Positions 7,934-17,816 of a stretch of 64,000 nucleotides of DNA are shown here, in pieces. Below the pieces are notes generated by a model. It saw only the letters and a program-made list of their open reading frames with translations. It did not search any database and was not told the origin of the DNA. Source of the stretch: a virus (Duplodnaviria; Heunggongvirae; Uroviricota; Caudoviricetes); the IMG/VR virus record IMGVR_UViG_3300026549_000033, positions 64,001-128,000 of that record; one strand, given 5' to 3'. The position numbers were made by a program, and so were the translations under genes. Position 1 is the first letter of the stretch; the number at the start of each line of letters is the position of its first letter.

Positions 7934-8686
7934 ATGTCAAAATTAATTTGTGGAGACTGCTTAGAAGTTATACCTAAGCTTAAGAATGAAATAGTAGATT
8001 TGGTTGTTACTTCACCGCCTTATAATGTGGACTTAGGAAATAACAAGTACAACAAAAACCCATATAGTTTATATAAAGATAATAAAGAGCATAAAGATTA
8101 TATAGCATGGCTAAAATCAATCTTTGAAGCCATAACTCCCAAACTTAAAAAAGGCGGAAGAGTTTGTATAAATATAGGTGACGGAAAAAACGGGCAAGTA
8201 CCTACTTCTAACGATATATTCAACTTTATGATAGAAATGGGTTATATTCAGCTTGCACATATTATTTGGGATAAAAGCCAAATCGGGAATAGAACTGCAT
8301 GGGGGAGTTGGTTATCTCCTTCGCAACCAAGTTATCCGTGCCCTTTTGAGCACATTCTAATTTTTGGCAAAGAAACTAAGAAGTTACAAGAAACAGGAGA
8401 AACGGACCTAACCCGTGATGAATTCATTAAATATGCTAATTCTCTATGGACTTTTGCCCCTGAGAATAAAGCTAAGAAAATAGGACATCCTGCTCCGTTT
8501 CCTCCTGAGCTACCTTATAGATGTATTAAAATGAACACCTATATAGGAGGAGTGGTTCTGGACCCATTTATGGGTAGCGGAACTACAGGTGTAGTTTGTG
8601 AACAACTTAATAGAAAGTTCATAGGGATAGAATTAGATCCTGTGTATTTTGATATAGCTCAAAAACGAATAAAGGAGATCAAATAA
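7934..8686 (+). CDS. Beta-class N4-C/N6-A DNA methyltransferase
   Basis: ICGDC, VTSPPY before HPAPFP and VLDPFMGSGTT; start reassigned to ATG 7934 after an AGAGG RBS. Confidence 0.9.
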   Translation: MSKLICGDCLEVIPKLKNEIVDLVVTSPPYNVDLGNNKYNKNPYSLYKDNKEHKDYIAWLKSIFEAITPKLKKGGRVCINIGDGKNGQVPTSNDIFNFMIEMGYIQLAHIIWDKSQIGNRTAWGSWLSPSQPSYPCPFEHILIFGKETKKLQETGETDLTRDEFIKYANSLWTFAPENKAKKIGHPAPFPPELPYRCIKMNTYIGGVVLDPFMGSGTTGVVCEQLNRKFIGIELDPVYFDIAQKRIKEIK

Positions 8687-9321
8687 TGGGAATAGAATAT
8701 TATTTAGTGAAACCTTTAAAGAAGGAAATTTTCTATCTAGGAAAACATTTTTCAGGATTTAGTGAAATCCCTTCTATAGAGTATAAACCTTCCCTTGAAA
8801 GTGCAGATTTCCCAAATTACGAAGATTGGGATGATTTCTTTTGGAATACCTTGAGGGAGAATTGGGAGTACTTTTTGAGTTGTGATTTAACTTTAGAACA
8901 AGCTTCAGACATAATCCATGAAATTTATGAATGGTGTGTATCTGATAAAGTTATATTTGAGCATGACTGTAGTCCAACAGCGCATATATGGGCTGAATGG
9001 AAAGAAACGGGAAGTATTACTACTCTTCTCGAAGAAGCTCATTCTCTTCCGTGCACAGACAATAGTGATCTTATACAAAATTATTTAGAAGAATGCCAAA
9101 GTATAATATTTGAAAACCCGTCTTACAATAAGTCTATAGTTGGAGTTACAACAGACGGCAGAGCTGTTTATGATTATGCCCGTATGATTCAAGAGCTCTC
9201 TAAAGAGGATAACATGACCTATGAAGACGCTGAAGAGTTTATTCAATACAATACTTTAGGAGTGCTACCTCAAGCTGACGAGAAATATCCTGTTATAATG
9301 CACTATGGAGATACTTTATGA
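8686..9321 (+). CDS. Hypothetical protein
   Basis: 211-aa ORF translationally coupled to the methyltransferase. Confidence 0.75.
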   Translation: MGIEYYLVKPLKKEIFYLGKHFSGFSEIPSIEYKPSLESADFPNYEDWDDFFWNTLRENWEYFLSCDLTLEQASDIIHEIYEWCVSDKVIFEHDCSPTAHIWAEWKETGSITTLLEEAHSLPCTDNSDLIQNYLEECQSIIFENPSYNKSIVGVTTDGRAVYDYARMIQELSKEDNMTYEDAEEFIQYNTLGVLPQADEKYPVIMHYGDTL

Positions 9322-9587
9322 GCTACGAAGGAGAAATATGGAAAGGTAGAGAGCAAATAGCGGAATTTCTTTTTGACGGGGATAAAGAACGGGCAAAGCA
9401 ATTACTTATACTTATTGAAAGCTTTACGTCAGTATCTATTCCACCTGAATTTAAAAATCTCGTTATGAACCTCCCTGAGGATACGTGTAGATGGTGTACT
9501 AACGACGGTGAATGTATGTTTTATATGCCTGATTCAATGTTTATTTGTAAAGGGAAATGCAAAGAATACGAAGAAAAAGAACTATGA
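9318..9587 (+). CDS. Hypothetical Cys-rich protein
   Basis: 89-aa ORF, ATGA overlap. Confidence 0.7.
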   Translation: MSYEGEIWKGREQIAEFLFDGDKERAKQLLILIESFTSVSIPPEFKNLVMNLPEDTCRWCTNDGECMFYMPDSMFICKGKCKEYEEKEL

Positions 9588-9752
9588 GGTACTTATAAAT
9601 GAAACTTGAAGACGAACAGGAAATAATGAATTTAAAAGCTTTAATTGAAGACCGCGAAGAAGAGGCTTTCATTAAGTTTAAATCAATTCTTAAGTATAAA
9701 GACTTATATCAAAATAAAGAATTACTTACAGAAAATAAAGGAATAGCTACTC

Positions 9753-10199
9753 ATGGATAAAGAAAAAGCCATAGTAATAGATATAGACGGAGTTCTTTTA
9801 GATAGTGATCCTATCCTTAAAGAAATCTATAATCTTAAATTGCGCGGAGACGCCATGTGGGATTATTTTCATGCTCACTGTAATGGACCAAGAGTTTCAT
9901 TTCTTAAGGGAATTTACCCACTTTTAGACAGCCTTAAAGGTTCTGTCTATATAGCCCTTTCCACCTCAAGAAATGAATGCTGCAGGGCAGATACTAAAGC
10001 CCGTCTACATGCTGAAGGATTTCCTTATGATTTACTTTATATGCGAAAAGAGGACGACTACAGGCCTTCTCCTGAAGTTAAAAAAGACCACTTAAGCAAA
10101 ATCTTACAAAAATTTGATGTAATTGCTTTCATAGACGACGACTTAGCAAATTGTCAAATGGCTAAAGAAGAGGGTATTTTTTCTTTAAGAAAAGTATAA
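9753..10199 (+). CDS. HAD-superfamily phosphatase (PNKP 3'-phosphatase-like)
   Basis: VIDIDGVL, STSR, K, FIDDD HAD motifs I-IV. Confidence 0.85.
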   Translation: MDKEKAIVIDIDGVLLDSDPILKEIYNLKLRGDAMWDYFHAHCNGPRVSFLKGIYPLLDSLKGSVYIALSTSRNECCRADTKARLHAEGFPYDLLYMRKEDDYRPSPEVKKDHLSKILQKFDVIAFIDDDLANCQMAKEEGIFSLRKV

Positions 10200-10264
10200 C
10201 CTTGCATATTTCTACTTCCTATGATATAATCTTAAAGTTAATTGGTTATAATAGGAGGGAATTT

Positions 10265-11116
10265 ATGAAGTGCCCAAATTGTCAAAGCGATAATGTGCAG
10301 AAAAAAGGGAAAAGGTCAGGGAAGCAAAGATATAGATGTTCTGACTGTGGAGCCAACTTTACAAGAGGTATTGAGTACCGGCCGGCCAAGCAATATCCAC
10401 CTCTTGAAGAAATAAGGTGTCCTCAGTGCAAAGGGGACCATATAATAAGAGATGGTAAATTAGAAGACGGTTCACAAAGGTATCAATGTCAATCTTGTGG
10501 TCTTAATTTTAGTCCTAAGACTGTTTATACCCGTAGAGAGAAAATTCAATGGGATTGCCCTTATTGCGGAGGAACCCTCATTTATTCAGGATATGGTAAA
10601 ACAGGTAACAGGGCATATCTTTGTAAGGGCTGCGGAAAGTCATGCACAGGAGATACTGAAGGTAAACCTGTCAAGAAAGAGCTTCCATTTAACTTAACAA
10701 ATAAGAGTGTGCACTGTCCTCATTGCGGATCTTTAGACTTAAAAAAAGCAGGACACACATCGCAAGGACTTCAGCGCTATGAATGTAATAATTGTAAGCG
10801 CGCTTTCAACGAATGCTCTAAGAAAAGAAAACCTTTAGATAAAGTTATTTCATTAATTTTACAGGGGTACAATGTTAGAAAAGTAGCTAAAGACAGTGGG
10901 TACTCCCCTGAAAGGCTGCGCAAAGTAATGTCCCCTTATTATAAAGCCGAAAAAATTACTAATGAGCAAAGGACGAATATAATAAGATATGGGTATTACT
11001 TAAGAGTTCCTGTGGATTATATGGCTGAGTATGTTAAGTGCTCAGAGCATAAGTGTAAAGAGGTTCTTAGAAAGTTTAAGAAGAATATTATGTCCACCAA
11101 CCACGATGCCATTTAA
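10265..11116 (+). CDS. Protein with four IS1 InsA-like zinc ribbons and a C-terminal HTH
   Basis: Four CPxC...G.QRY.CxxC units; helix GYNVRKVAKDSGYS; start reassigned to ATG 10265 after AGGAGG. Confidence 0.8.
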   Translation: MKCPNCQSDNVQKKGKRSGKQRYRCSDCGANFTRGIEYRPAKQYPPLEEIRCPQCKGDHIIRDGKLEDGSQRYQCQSCGLNFSPKTVYTRREKIQWDCPYCGGTLIYSGYGKTGNRAYLCKGCGKSCTGDTEGKPVKKELPFNLTNKSVHCPHCGSLDLKKAGHTSQGLQRYECNNCKRAFNECSKKRKPLDKVISLILQGYNVRKVAKDSGYSPERLRKVMSPYYKAEKITNEQRTNIIRYGYYLRVPVDYMAEYVKCSEHKCKEVLRKFKKNIMSTNHDAI

Positions 11117-11603
11117 CAAAGTTTTTCCAGAACTTTCTGAAATTCTTTTCTTCGAATTCAGAGGCCCCTAATCTTTGTTTCTCATTTCTTTTAGAGGCAT
11201 AGCACATTCTGACACACCCGTCTTCTGTAGGCTCATAATAAATATCCTCCATAGGATAATAATAGTGCTCCGTCCAATTCAAATACCTGTCAAGTCTTTC
11301 TAAGCATAGGTCAATCTGCTTTATACTTCTCTGAACTTCTTTTTGGTTGTGCCAATAATCCTTTGACATATCCTCTTTTAGTTCTTTCATCTTCATTACT
11401 AATAAATCATAGATATAAGCATAGTCCCACTCTTCCTGATTCCACAAGACAGGTATCCAACGGCATATTCTTTTTATAAATCTACCTATTCTACGCAGGA
11501 AAGCTGCAAATCTATTATATAATAAAAGTTCTATAAGCTCTTCTTTAAAGTTGAGCTCATTACTATCTGCATTTAATCCTTTTACAAAAGAAAATCTTAC
11601 CAT
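11088..11603 (-). CDS. Hypothetical protein
   Basis: 171-aa ORF. Confidence 0.7.
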   Translation of the reverse strand: MVRFSFVKGLNADSNELNFKEELIELLLYNRFAAFLRRIGRFIKRICRWIPVLWNQEEWDYAYIYDLLVMKMKELKEDMSKDYWHNQKEVQRSIKQIDLCLERLDRYLNWTEHYYYPMEDIYYEPTEDGCVRMCYASKRNEKQRLGASEFEEKNFRKFWKNFVKWHRGWWT

Positions 11604-11606
11604 ATA

Positions 11607-11804
11607 TTAGTCCTCTCCACAATAAGCTAAAGGAAGTAATTCTGCCTTTGTAATAGTTGGTAGCCCGTACATTTTAGCGTCGGGAAGTGCCTTTTTATAT
11701 TCTTCCATAAAATCTTGCACAGCCTCTATTAAGTCGGGTTTATCCGTAAGCATATTTAATTTCCCCGTGCCATACTCTACTCTCAAAACAAATTTTTTAT
11801 TCAT
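11607..11804 (-). CDS. Hypothetical protein
   Basis: 65-aa ORF in a minus-strand operon. Confidence 0.6.
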   Translation of the reverse strand: MNKKFVLRVEYGTGKLNMLTDKPDLIEAVQDFMEEYKKALPDAKMYGLPTITKAELLPLAYCGED

Positions 11805-11820
11805 GATAATCCCTTTCTCT

Positions 11821-12063
11821 TTACTCTTCGTCTACAGCTTGAATAATAACTGGAGTCTCAAGTTCTTCCTCTTCTTCATCAAAAAACCACCAAAAGAATG
11901 GGGTTTCCTTCTTTTGAGCAGGAGCAGCACTTACAGGAGACTTGTGAGCAGGTTGTGAAGCATACTCATCATATGTCCAATCCAAAGGTCCTTCTATAGG
12001 GTTTAGCCATCCTACTATAACTCCTAAAACAAATATAATTGCCCCATATAAATATTTTTCCAT
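11821..12063 (-). CDS. Small membrane protein
   Basis: N-terminal hydrophobic helix. Confidence 0.6.
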   Translation of the reverse strand: MEKYLYGAIIFVLGVIVGWLNPIEGPLDWTYDEYASQPAHKSPVSAAPAQKKETPFFWWFFDEEEEELETPVIIQAVDEE

Positions 12064-12196
12064 TATTTTCTTCTCTCCTCTTGTAACTTCTTGAATTCAG
12101 AGTATGTATATCCCTGAATTCTAATTTTATCTTCTTTCCAAAGTTTATCACGGAGAGCTGCTTCATAATCGAGCAGCTCTTTATTGTTATAGTTAT

Positions 12197-12676
12197 TTAA
12201 ATCTTCCCTAATACCCATACCTGAGCCACCTTCTTTCCTTGTTGTATAGCATCCTCATGAGAATTTGTATAAATATCAATTCTATTTTGCTTTATAGCTC
12301 CGCCACAATCTTCTGCAATAAAGTACCCATACCCTTGAATATATACTATGGACCCATAAGGAATAATAGAAGGGTCTACAGCAATAGTTCTTCCTTCTTT
12401 TGGCATAGTTCCTGTAGAAGTTCTTAACTTATTTGCAGGTTTTCCTAATTCCTTAGGAGAATACCACGTAAGTTCAAATCTCCCGAGTTTCCTGTTAGGA
12501 AACTCCTGGATGTCTGGCTGACTTTCTATCATAAGGTCTGTATATTTTTCAGTCAGACGTTTAAGAGCCCTGTCGTGTTGAATTGTTTGAGCTACAAGAG
12601 CTACGCTTAATGAAACAGCTACTATTCCTATGACGAAAGCGTCTTTCTTAATCATTTGTAACATTACTTCTTTCAT
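12197..12676 (-). CDS. 3D-domain (MltA-like cell-wall) protein with N-terminal membrane anchor
   Basis: TIAVDPSIIPYGS...AEDCGGAIKQNRIDIY. Confidence 0.88.
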   Translation of the reverse strand: MKEVMLQMIKKDAFVIGIVAVSLSVALVAQTIQHDRALKRLTEKYTDLMIESQPDIQEFPNRKLGRFELTWYSPKELGKPANKLRTSTGTMPKEGRTIAVDPSIIPYGSIVYIQGYGYFIAEDCGGAIKQNRIDIYTNSHEDAIQQGKKVAQVWVLGKI

Positions 12677-12839
12677 ATTTCTATCTTCTCCTTTCCTATT
12701 TATAAGGTAAAAGGGAGAATGTTCCTACTTAATTTCTGAACTCTCCCTTCAATAATAGTTTCTCTTGCATTAAGACAATGCAGTAAGGAGTTATACTTAT
12801 ATTGTATAATTTTTTCTCCTTTTTGTCAAATTTTCCTTC

Positions 12840-13172
12840 TTAAGCATAAAAAGCTTTTTTATAAGTAACTTCTTCTCCAATAATATATGGAAATCCTGAT
12901 ATTAATTCTTCCATGTAATCCTCAGGTAAAATAGCATACCCATGACTCTCCTTATAGCTACTTATCATGTCTTCAATCTTAGTTTCCATTAAGTTATTAG
13001 TAAAATAAACAGCCTTAATTGTCTCACAAGATTCTTTAAAATAATTTTCTACTAAAGAATTTGCTTCTGCTACAGGATCAATAGAGAATAAAGGAATAAT
13101 TTTCTCACTCTTATCCTGCATAGTTAAAATAGCAACTCCTGTTTGGTCTAAACTTGTCTGTTGTAATTTCAT
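12840..13172 (-). CDS. Hypothetical protein
   Basis: 110-aa ORF with an upstream TAACCTTGCAC-17-TATAAT promoter. Confidence 0.7.
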   Translation of the reverse strand: MKLQQTSLDQTGVAILTMQDKSEKIIPLFSIDPVAEANSLVENYFKESCETIKAVYFTNNLMETKIEDMISSYKESHGYAILPEDYMEELISGFPYIIGEEVTYKKAFYA

Positions 13173-13207
13173 TTTTTGTATAATTTATCCTTTCTAATAG
13201 TATTATA

Positions 13208-13579
13208 CTAAATTCTTTCATGAGGTGCAAGGTTATTTATAACTTCTTCTCTTTTTAAAAGAAATCTTCTCTTAACCATTCTATTCTTCTGACTTATAAT
13301 AATGTATTCTACAGGCCCCGTAAGATTATAATGAAATCTTTCCATATTATTGAATACATGAAATATATCCTCATACTTAAGAGGAATAGTATTATCTATA
13401 TTTAAAGCCCCTGAATAAATCTCCTGTCCACTTTCAGGGTCTCTCATCCAAGTCCGTACCTTTTGAAATTTATAAGAAAGGGAAATAGAAGAAGAGATAC
13501 AAGACTGAGTAATTTCTCTAAGGAGAAACATATCCTTCCCTTTATAAAAATAATCCCCTACACGAAACTCTACTTCCAT
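13208..13579 (-). CDS. Hypothetical protein
   Basis: 123-aa ORF. Confidence 0.65.
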   Translation of the reverse strand: MEVEFRVGDYFYKGKDMFLLREITQSCISSSISLSYKFQKVRTWMRDPESGQEIYSGALNIDNTIPLKYEDIFHVFNNMERFHYNLTGPVEYIIISQKNRMVKRRFLLKREEVINNLAPHERI

Positions 13580-13584
13580 AAAAA

Positions 13585-13848
13585 TTATACTTCTCCTAAA
13601 TCAATAATTCTAACTTTCTTTATAACTAAAATATTTATATTTAATCTTCTAAGCTCCTCTTGAGCCTGCTTAAGAGAATGATAAAAGAAAGCTTTAGCAA
13701 TAGAACTGGAAGTAGTAAGCACAGGATTCTCCTTTGTATATTTAAGACTATCACAAATATATCTTTCTGTTTCTTTATCCTGCAAAACATAGTAAAAAAT
13801 ATTAGCTTTACGGGGTATTCCCAATATCTTATGACACTCTCTTTTCAT
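13585..13848 (-). CDS. Hypothetical protein
   Basis: 87-aa ORF with GGAGAGG RBS. Confidence 0.65.
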   Translation of the reverse strand: MKRECHKILGIPRKANIFYYVLQDKETERYICDSLKYTKENPVLTTSSSIAKAFFYHSLKQAQEELRRLNINILVIKKVRIIDLGEV

Positions 13849-13877
13849 AACTTCCTCTCCTATTTTATCCTATCTAT

Positions 13878-13906
13878 ATTATATAAAATATAAATAAAAG
13901 TGTCAA
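13878..13906 (-). promoter_or_regulatory. Leftward consensus sigma70 promoter
   Basis: TTGACA-17-TATAAT on the minus strand. Confidence 0.8.
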
Positions 13907-13913
13907 ATTTTTT

Positions 13914-14435
13914 GAGAGGGTGTGTATAAAGGGGGGGTGAGTGAAAGGGGTATGGGGAAGGACGAATAGTATGTAGGTATGGTATGGGTAAGATATGTGT
14001 AAGGTGAAGGTAAGATATAAGTAAGATTAAGGTAAGGTATGTGTAGGGTATGTGTAAGAATAAGGGTGATACCTAAATGAAAAGTTCCCGAAAATCTTGA
14101 AAAAATGTGTGTGGGTCTTAACAACACACCACCCCCACCCTTCCCCTTTGGTTCTGTCGCCGTTGAAAAACTTCAAAACCCACACACCACAACCCATCCC
14201 ACCACACCATCCACCGCAAACCCACTAACAACAACCCATCCCACCTCTCATATCCTACAAATCCACCAACTACACGGCATCCCGTCACCCCACCCACCTC
14301 AAACCCTCACACTGCAAGCCATGCCACCCACATCCACCTACACCGCATCCCACAAACCCACTAACAGTAAGGCATCCCACCTCTCATATCCTGTAAACCC
14401 ACACACCACAAGGCACACCACCATCCGCATCCTGT
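13914..14435. other. Non-coding strand-asymmetric region (G-rich then C-rich) with internal direct repeats
   Basis: One C in 13914-14071; G-poor 14121-14435; AAACCCACTAACA and CATCCCACCTCTCATATCCT each twice at 136-bp spacing. Confidence 0.8.
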
Positions 14436-14501
14436 AAACCATTGATATAATTGATGAATAATGAATTGTAACAATTTCTTAACAAAAATGTTTCAAAGGA
14501 C

Positions 14502-14530
14502 TTGACAAAAAAATTTTTTTCGCTTATCAT
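14502..14530 (+). promoter_or_regulatory. Rightward sigma70 promoter
   Basis: TTGACA-17-TATCAT. Confidence 0.75.
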
Positions 14531-14599
14531 GGTAAGTGTAAAGGGTAACACCGCAACCCATTACAAAAGTATTAGTAAAGCGGTATTGAGGTAAACAAA

Positions 14600-15220
14600 A
14601 TGGCAACAATCAACATGAAACAAGCAAAAAAATGGGCTACACATTACGGAATCAACTGTCAGCTAATTCCGGGAGCAAGTGAAACAAATTGCAAAGCAGT
14701 TATTTACAACGGCATTAAACACTCAACATCAAACTGGACGGGAATCATGTTCGACTCTTTCTTCGCAGAGATAGCATGCGGGCAAAATGTAGACGGCTCA
14801 AGCGTAGCAAAACAAAAGATAAATGAAGCACACGGCAGAGCCTATGGTGAAAGACTTGTAAACTTCTTGGAACAGTACATGACCTATGCGGATCCATTTG
14901 AAAATATTCAATTTGTTGGGCAAACTTGGATTTCAGTTTTAAATCAATTAGTTGAAAGAGAGATGGATTTTGCTTTAACAGAAGTAAATCAATGGAAAGA
15001 GAGCATGAAAGAATGGCATGCAAACTCTGATGAAGTTGTAGCAAGAATGATTGAAAGCAAGGAAGTAAGAATTTTAAATAATCATGTAATACCATCAAAG
15101 ACCTTTGAAAGATTTTTAATTCAATATTGTAAAGAAAATAATTATACAGTATTGAGTCAAGATAAAATAAATTTAATGATTGATATGTATTGCAAGAGAT
15201 ATCAAGAGGTTATAGGATAG
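14600..15220 (+). CDS. Hypothetical protein, first gene of the early array
   Basis: 206-aa ORF with TGAGGTAAACAAAATG leader. Confidence 0.85.
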   Translation: MATINMKQAKKWATHYGINCQLIPGASETNCKAVIYNGIKHSTSNWTGIMFDSFFAEIACGQNVDGSSVAKQKINEAHGRAYGERLVNFLEQYMTYADPFENIQFVGQTWISVLNQLVEREMDFALTEVNQWKESMKEWHANSDEVVARMIESKEVRILNNHVIPSKTFERFLIQYCKENNYTVLSQDKINLMIDMYCKRYQEVIG

Positions 15221-15496
15221 GGGAAACCCTATCCTACAAGATAAGAGAGGATTTAAAAAGATGAAAAGATTTATTTTAATTTTAATTTTAGTTTTTGTTT
15301 TTATAGGATTTAATGAAGTAAGAAGTTTTAACAATTCAATAGATGAAAGCATTAAAGCATTAAATGATACAGTGCAAGCATGTACAATAGATATGCAAAA
15401 AGATAAAGATTTAATTTGTGATTAAATAACCTTGAATTTTAAATAAAGATATGATATAATAAGAATGTAAGCAAGTTAAGAAATGAGGTAAACAAA

Positions 15497-15793
15497 ATGA
15501 GCAGAAAAATTACAGAGATTATCACAAGAAAATTTATGAATGATGAATGTTACAGATTAAGCAATTCAGAAGTAAGAACAGATTTTAAAACAACAAGATT
15601 ATATTTATTCGGGAATTGCATAGCAAGGAAAGATAAGGAAAGCGGAAAGATTGAAGTAACACTTGCAGGGTATAACACAGCAACCACAAGAGAAAGATTA
15701 AACGGATTACCAAATGTAAGTATACGCAGTAAGAACTTCACCCCATACTTAAACGGACAAGAGATTGACTCTTGTGAATGGTACGCAGTATAA
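15497..15793 (+). CDS. Hypothetical early protein
   Basis: ORF behind a class A repeat. Confidence 0.8.
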   Translation: MSRKITEIITRKFMNDECYRLSNSEVRTDFKTTRLYLFGNCIARKDKESGKIEVTLAGYNTATTRERLNGLPNVSIRSKNFTPYLNGQEIDSCEWYAV

Positions 15794-15806
15794 AAAATTT
15801 AAATCC

Positions 15807-15835
15807 CTTTGCCACCACAGGCAGAGGGATTTTTG
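15807..15835 (+). terminator. Intrinsic terminator
   Basis: AAATCCCTTTGC-loop-GCAGAGGGATTT followed by a T tract. Confidence 0.75.
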
Positions 15836-15856
15836 TTTATAGGGTATTTATTTATT

Positions 15857-15985
15857 CCCACCCCATTAAGATTTAATTCCCATAGAGAGTGCCATCCCAT
15901 TTCGATTGCCTCAGCACTCAATAACTGTAACTGTTTTCGAGGGTTATACCTATATGAAAGTTTTCTATGATTTTGATTTTTAATT
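15857..15985. repeat. About 130-bp non-coding element, copy 1 of 3 (others 18747-18876 and about 23375-23472)
   Basis: Shared blocks CCCACCCCATTAAGATTTAATTCCC, GATTGCCT, GAGGGTTATACC.ATATGAAA, GATTTTGATTTTTAATT. Confidence 0.8.
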
Positions 15986-16200
15986 ATGGGATAAAATAAC
16001 CTTGACAAATTTACATGGGCATGTATATAATAAATATAAATATATTTTTTATATACATGTAACTTTACAAACCTTTACAATAACCTTGCATTTATAAGCA
16101 AAAGCATGTATAATAGAAGTATAAAGAAAACCGAATAAGGAAATGCCTTCCACCTTATCAAATAGTAGAATAAAACGGACGGGCAGAAAAGGATAAAATC

Positions 16201-16539
16201 ATGTTAGAAAATTCAAACTTGTTAACCGGCGCAGTTGCAAAAGAAGTTAACCAACTTATTGAGGACTATGAAGACATCACCGCAAAAGCAAAAGACCTTG
16301 AAACGAGCAAAAAAGCAATATTAAAAAGACTTTTTGAACTAACTCAAACAGGAGTTAACGAAACAAATAAAGTAGTATTTAATATTGTAAATAACAAAGG
16401 CAGAATTTCAATAGCACCATCAAAGTTGCAAGAGCAAGCACCTGAATTATATGGAGTTATCTCTGGCATGGGTTTAGTTACCATCGGCGAGGATTATTTA
16501 ACCGTCAGAGGAATTAAACACAAAGGCAGTAGGACATAA
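16201..16539 (+). CDS. Hypothetical early protein
   Basis: 112-aa ORF with its own promoter and a longer non-class-A leader. Confidence 0.8.
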   Translation: MLENSNLLTGAVAKEVNQLIEDYEDITAKAKDLETSKKAILKRLFELTQTGVNETNKVVFNIVNNKGRISIAPSKLQEQAPELYGVISGMGLVTIGEDYLTVRGIKHKGSRT

Positions 16540-16738
16540 ATTATATTTTGTTTATCTCAATAAAAGAAAAGCCATGCAAAGCCAAGCATGGCTTTTTAGT
16601 TACTCTTATAAATAACCTTGACAAATTTACATGGGCATGTTCTCATAAACAACTTAACAAACCTTTACAATAACCTTGAATTTAAACCGTAAACATGTTA
16701 TAATAAGAATGTAAGATAAATAAATGAGGTAAACAAAC

Positions 16739-17044
16739 ATGGCTAAATTATTAAGACACACTTTAATCGTAGGACTTAACGACAAGGACACTAAAAAACA
16801 AGTCTGCACTTCAAACCACGCAAAAAAGGTTATTATGGACATTGTAGGCGACTGTACTATAACAGACGCAATCGGACACTACACGCATGAAGACGGTTCA
16901 ACAGTAAAAGAAAATTCCATCAAGGTTGAAATGTTATTCAAAGCGGATAATCAAGTTATAGACTATGCAAAGCAAATTAAAAAAGAATTCAACCAGGAAT
17001 CAGTAGCACTTGTAAAAGACTATATTGAAAGCACTCTAATATAA
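16739..17044 (+). CDS. Hypothetical early protein
   Basis: ORF behind a class A repeat. Confidence 0.8.
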   Translation: MAKLLRHTLIVGLNDKDTKKQVCTSNHAKKVIMDIVGDCTITDAIGHYTHEDGSTVKENSIKVEMLFKADNQVIDYAKQIKKEFNQESVALVKDYIESTLI

Positions 17045-17167
17045 TAGAATTCGGCTATGTGCAAGGGTTGAAAAATACCCTTGCATATCCACCTAAAAAA
17101 TAACCTTGAATTTAAAAACAAAATCATGTATAATAAGAATGTAAGATAAATAAATGAGGTAAATAAA

Positions 17168-17368
17168 ATGTCATACGGCTTATATTATGCAAATACTCTT
17201 CAAAAGGAAGAGCCTGAAACAATTAGCATGGATACTGTAAAATTTATTATAAATGACTTAATTAAGAATGATAAAAAAGTATACTATGAAAACATAGGGA
17301 AAGATAAAACACTATTTTCATGGTTAAATGGTAAAGGGACTTCCACAGTTATAATAAAACATGAATAA
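17168..17368 (+). CDS. Hypothetical early protein
   Basis: Class A repeat; stop codon is the TAA of the next repeat. Confidence 0.75.
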   Translation: MSYGLYYANTLQKEEPETISMDTVKFIINDLIKNDKKVYYENIGKDKTLFSWLNGKGTSTVIIKHE

Positions 17369-17434
17369 CCTTGAACACTAAAACAAAATCATGTATAATA
17401 AGAATGTAAGATAAATAAATGAGGTAAACAAAAC

Positions 17435-17749
17435 ATGCTGAAAATACAAAACAAAACTTATTTAACAAGTAATGAAGTATGCAAATATATAGCCTTTTTA
17501 CAAAGGACTTCCAGCGCTTATATATGTATATCTTATAAGAATTATGCAAACTTATTAAGGGAATACACTACACAGGAATACAGACAGGATAATTTTGATA
17601 TAATAAATATAAATAATACTTATTACTATAACTTTATATCTATATATCAATTTTTATTAAGTCTTAATCTAAAGACCTATAAAAGCCACGAAGTTATAAA
17701 AGACCATATTTATACAAGTCTTATGAACTTCAAGGACAATTTAAAATAA
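17435..17749 (+). CDS. Hypothetical early protein
   Basis: Class A repeat; stop codon inside the next repeat. Confidence 0.75.
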   Translation: MLKIQNKTYLTSNEVCKYIAFLQRTSSAYICISYKNYANLLREYTTQEYRQDNFDIININNTYYYNFISIYQFLLSLNLKTYKSHEVIKDHIYTSLMNFKDNLK

Positions 17750-17816
17750 CCTTGAACACTAAAACAAAATCATGTATAATAAGAATGTAAGCAAGTTAAG
17801 GAATGAGGTAAACAAA

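Noticed and set aside
10265-11116. Active IS1 element
   Set aside because: No InsB/DDE transposase, frameshift signal or terminal inverted repeats seen.
13903-14437. Pro/His/Thr-rich ORFs 13903-14127 and 14105-14437
   Set aside because: Open frames caused by extreme strand composition; no RBS.
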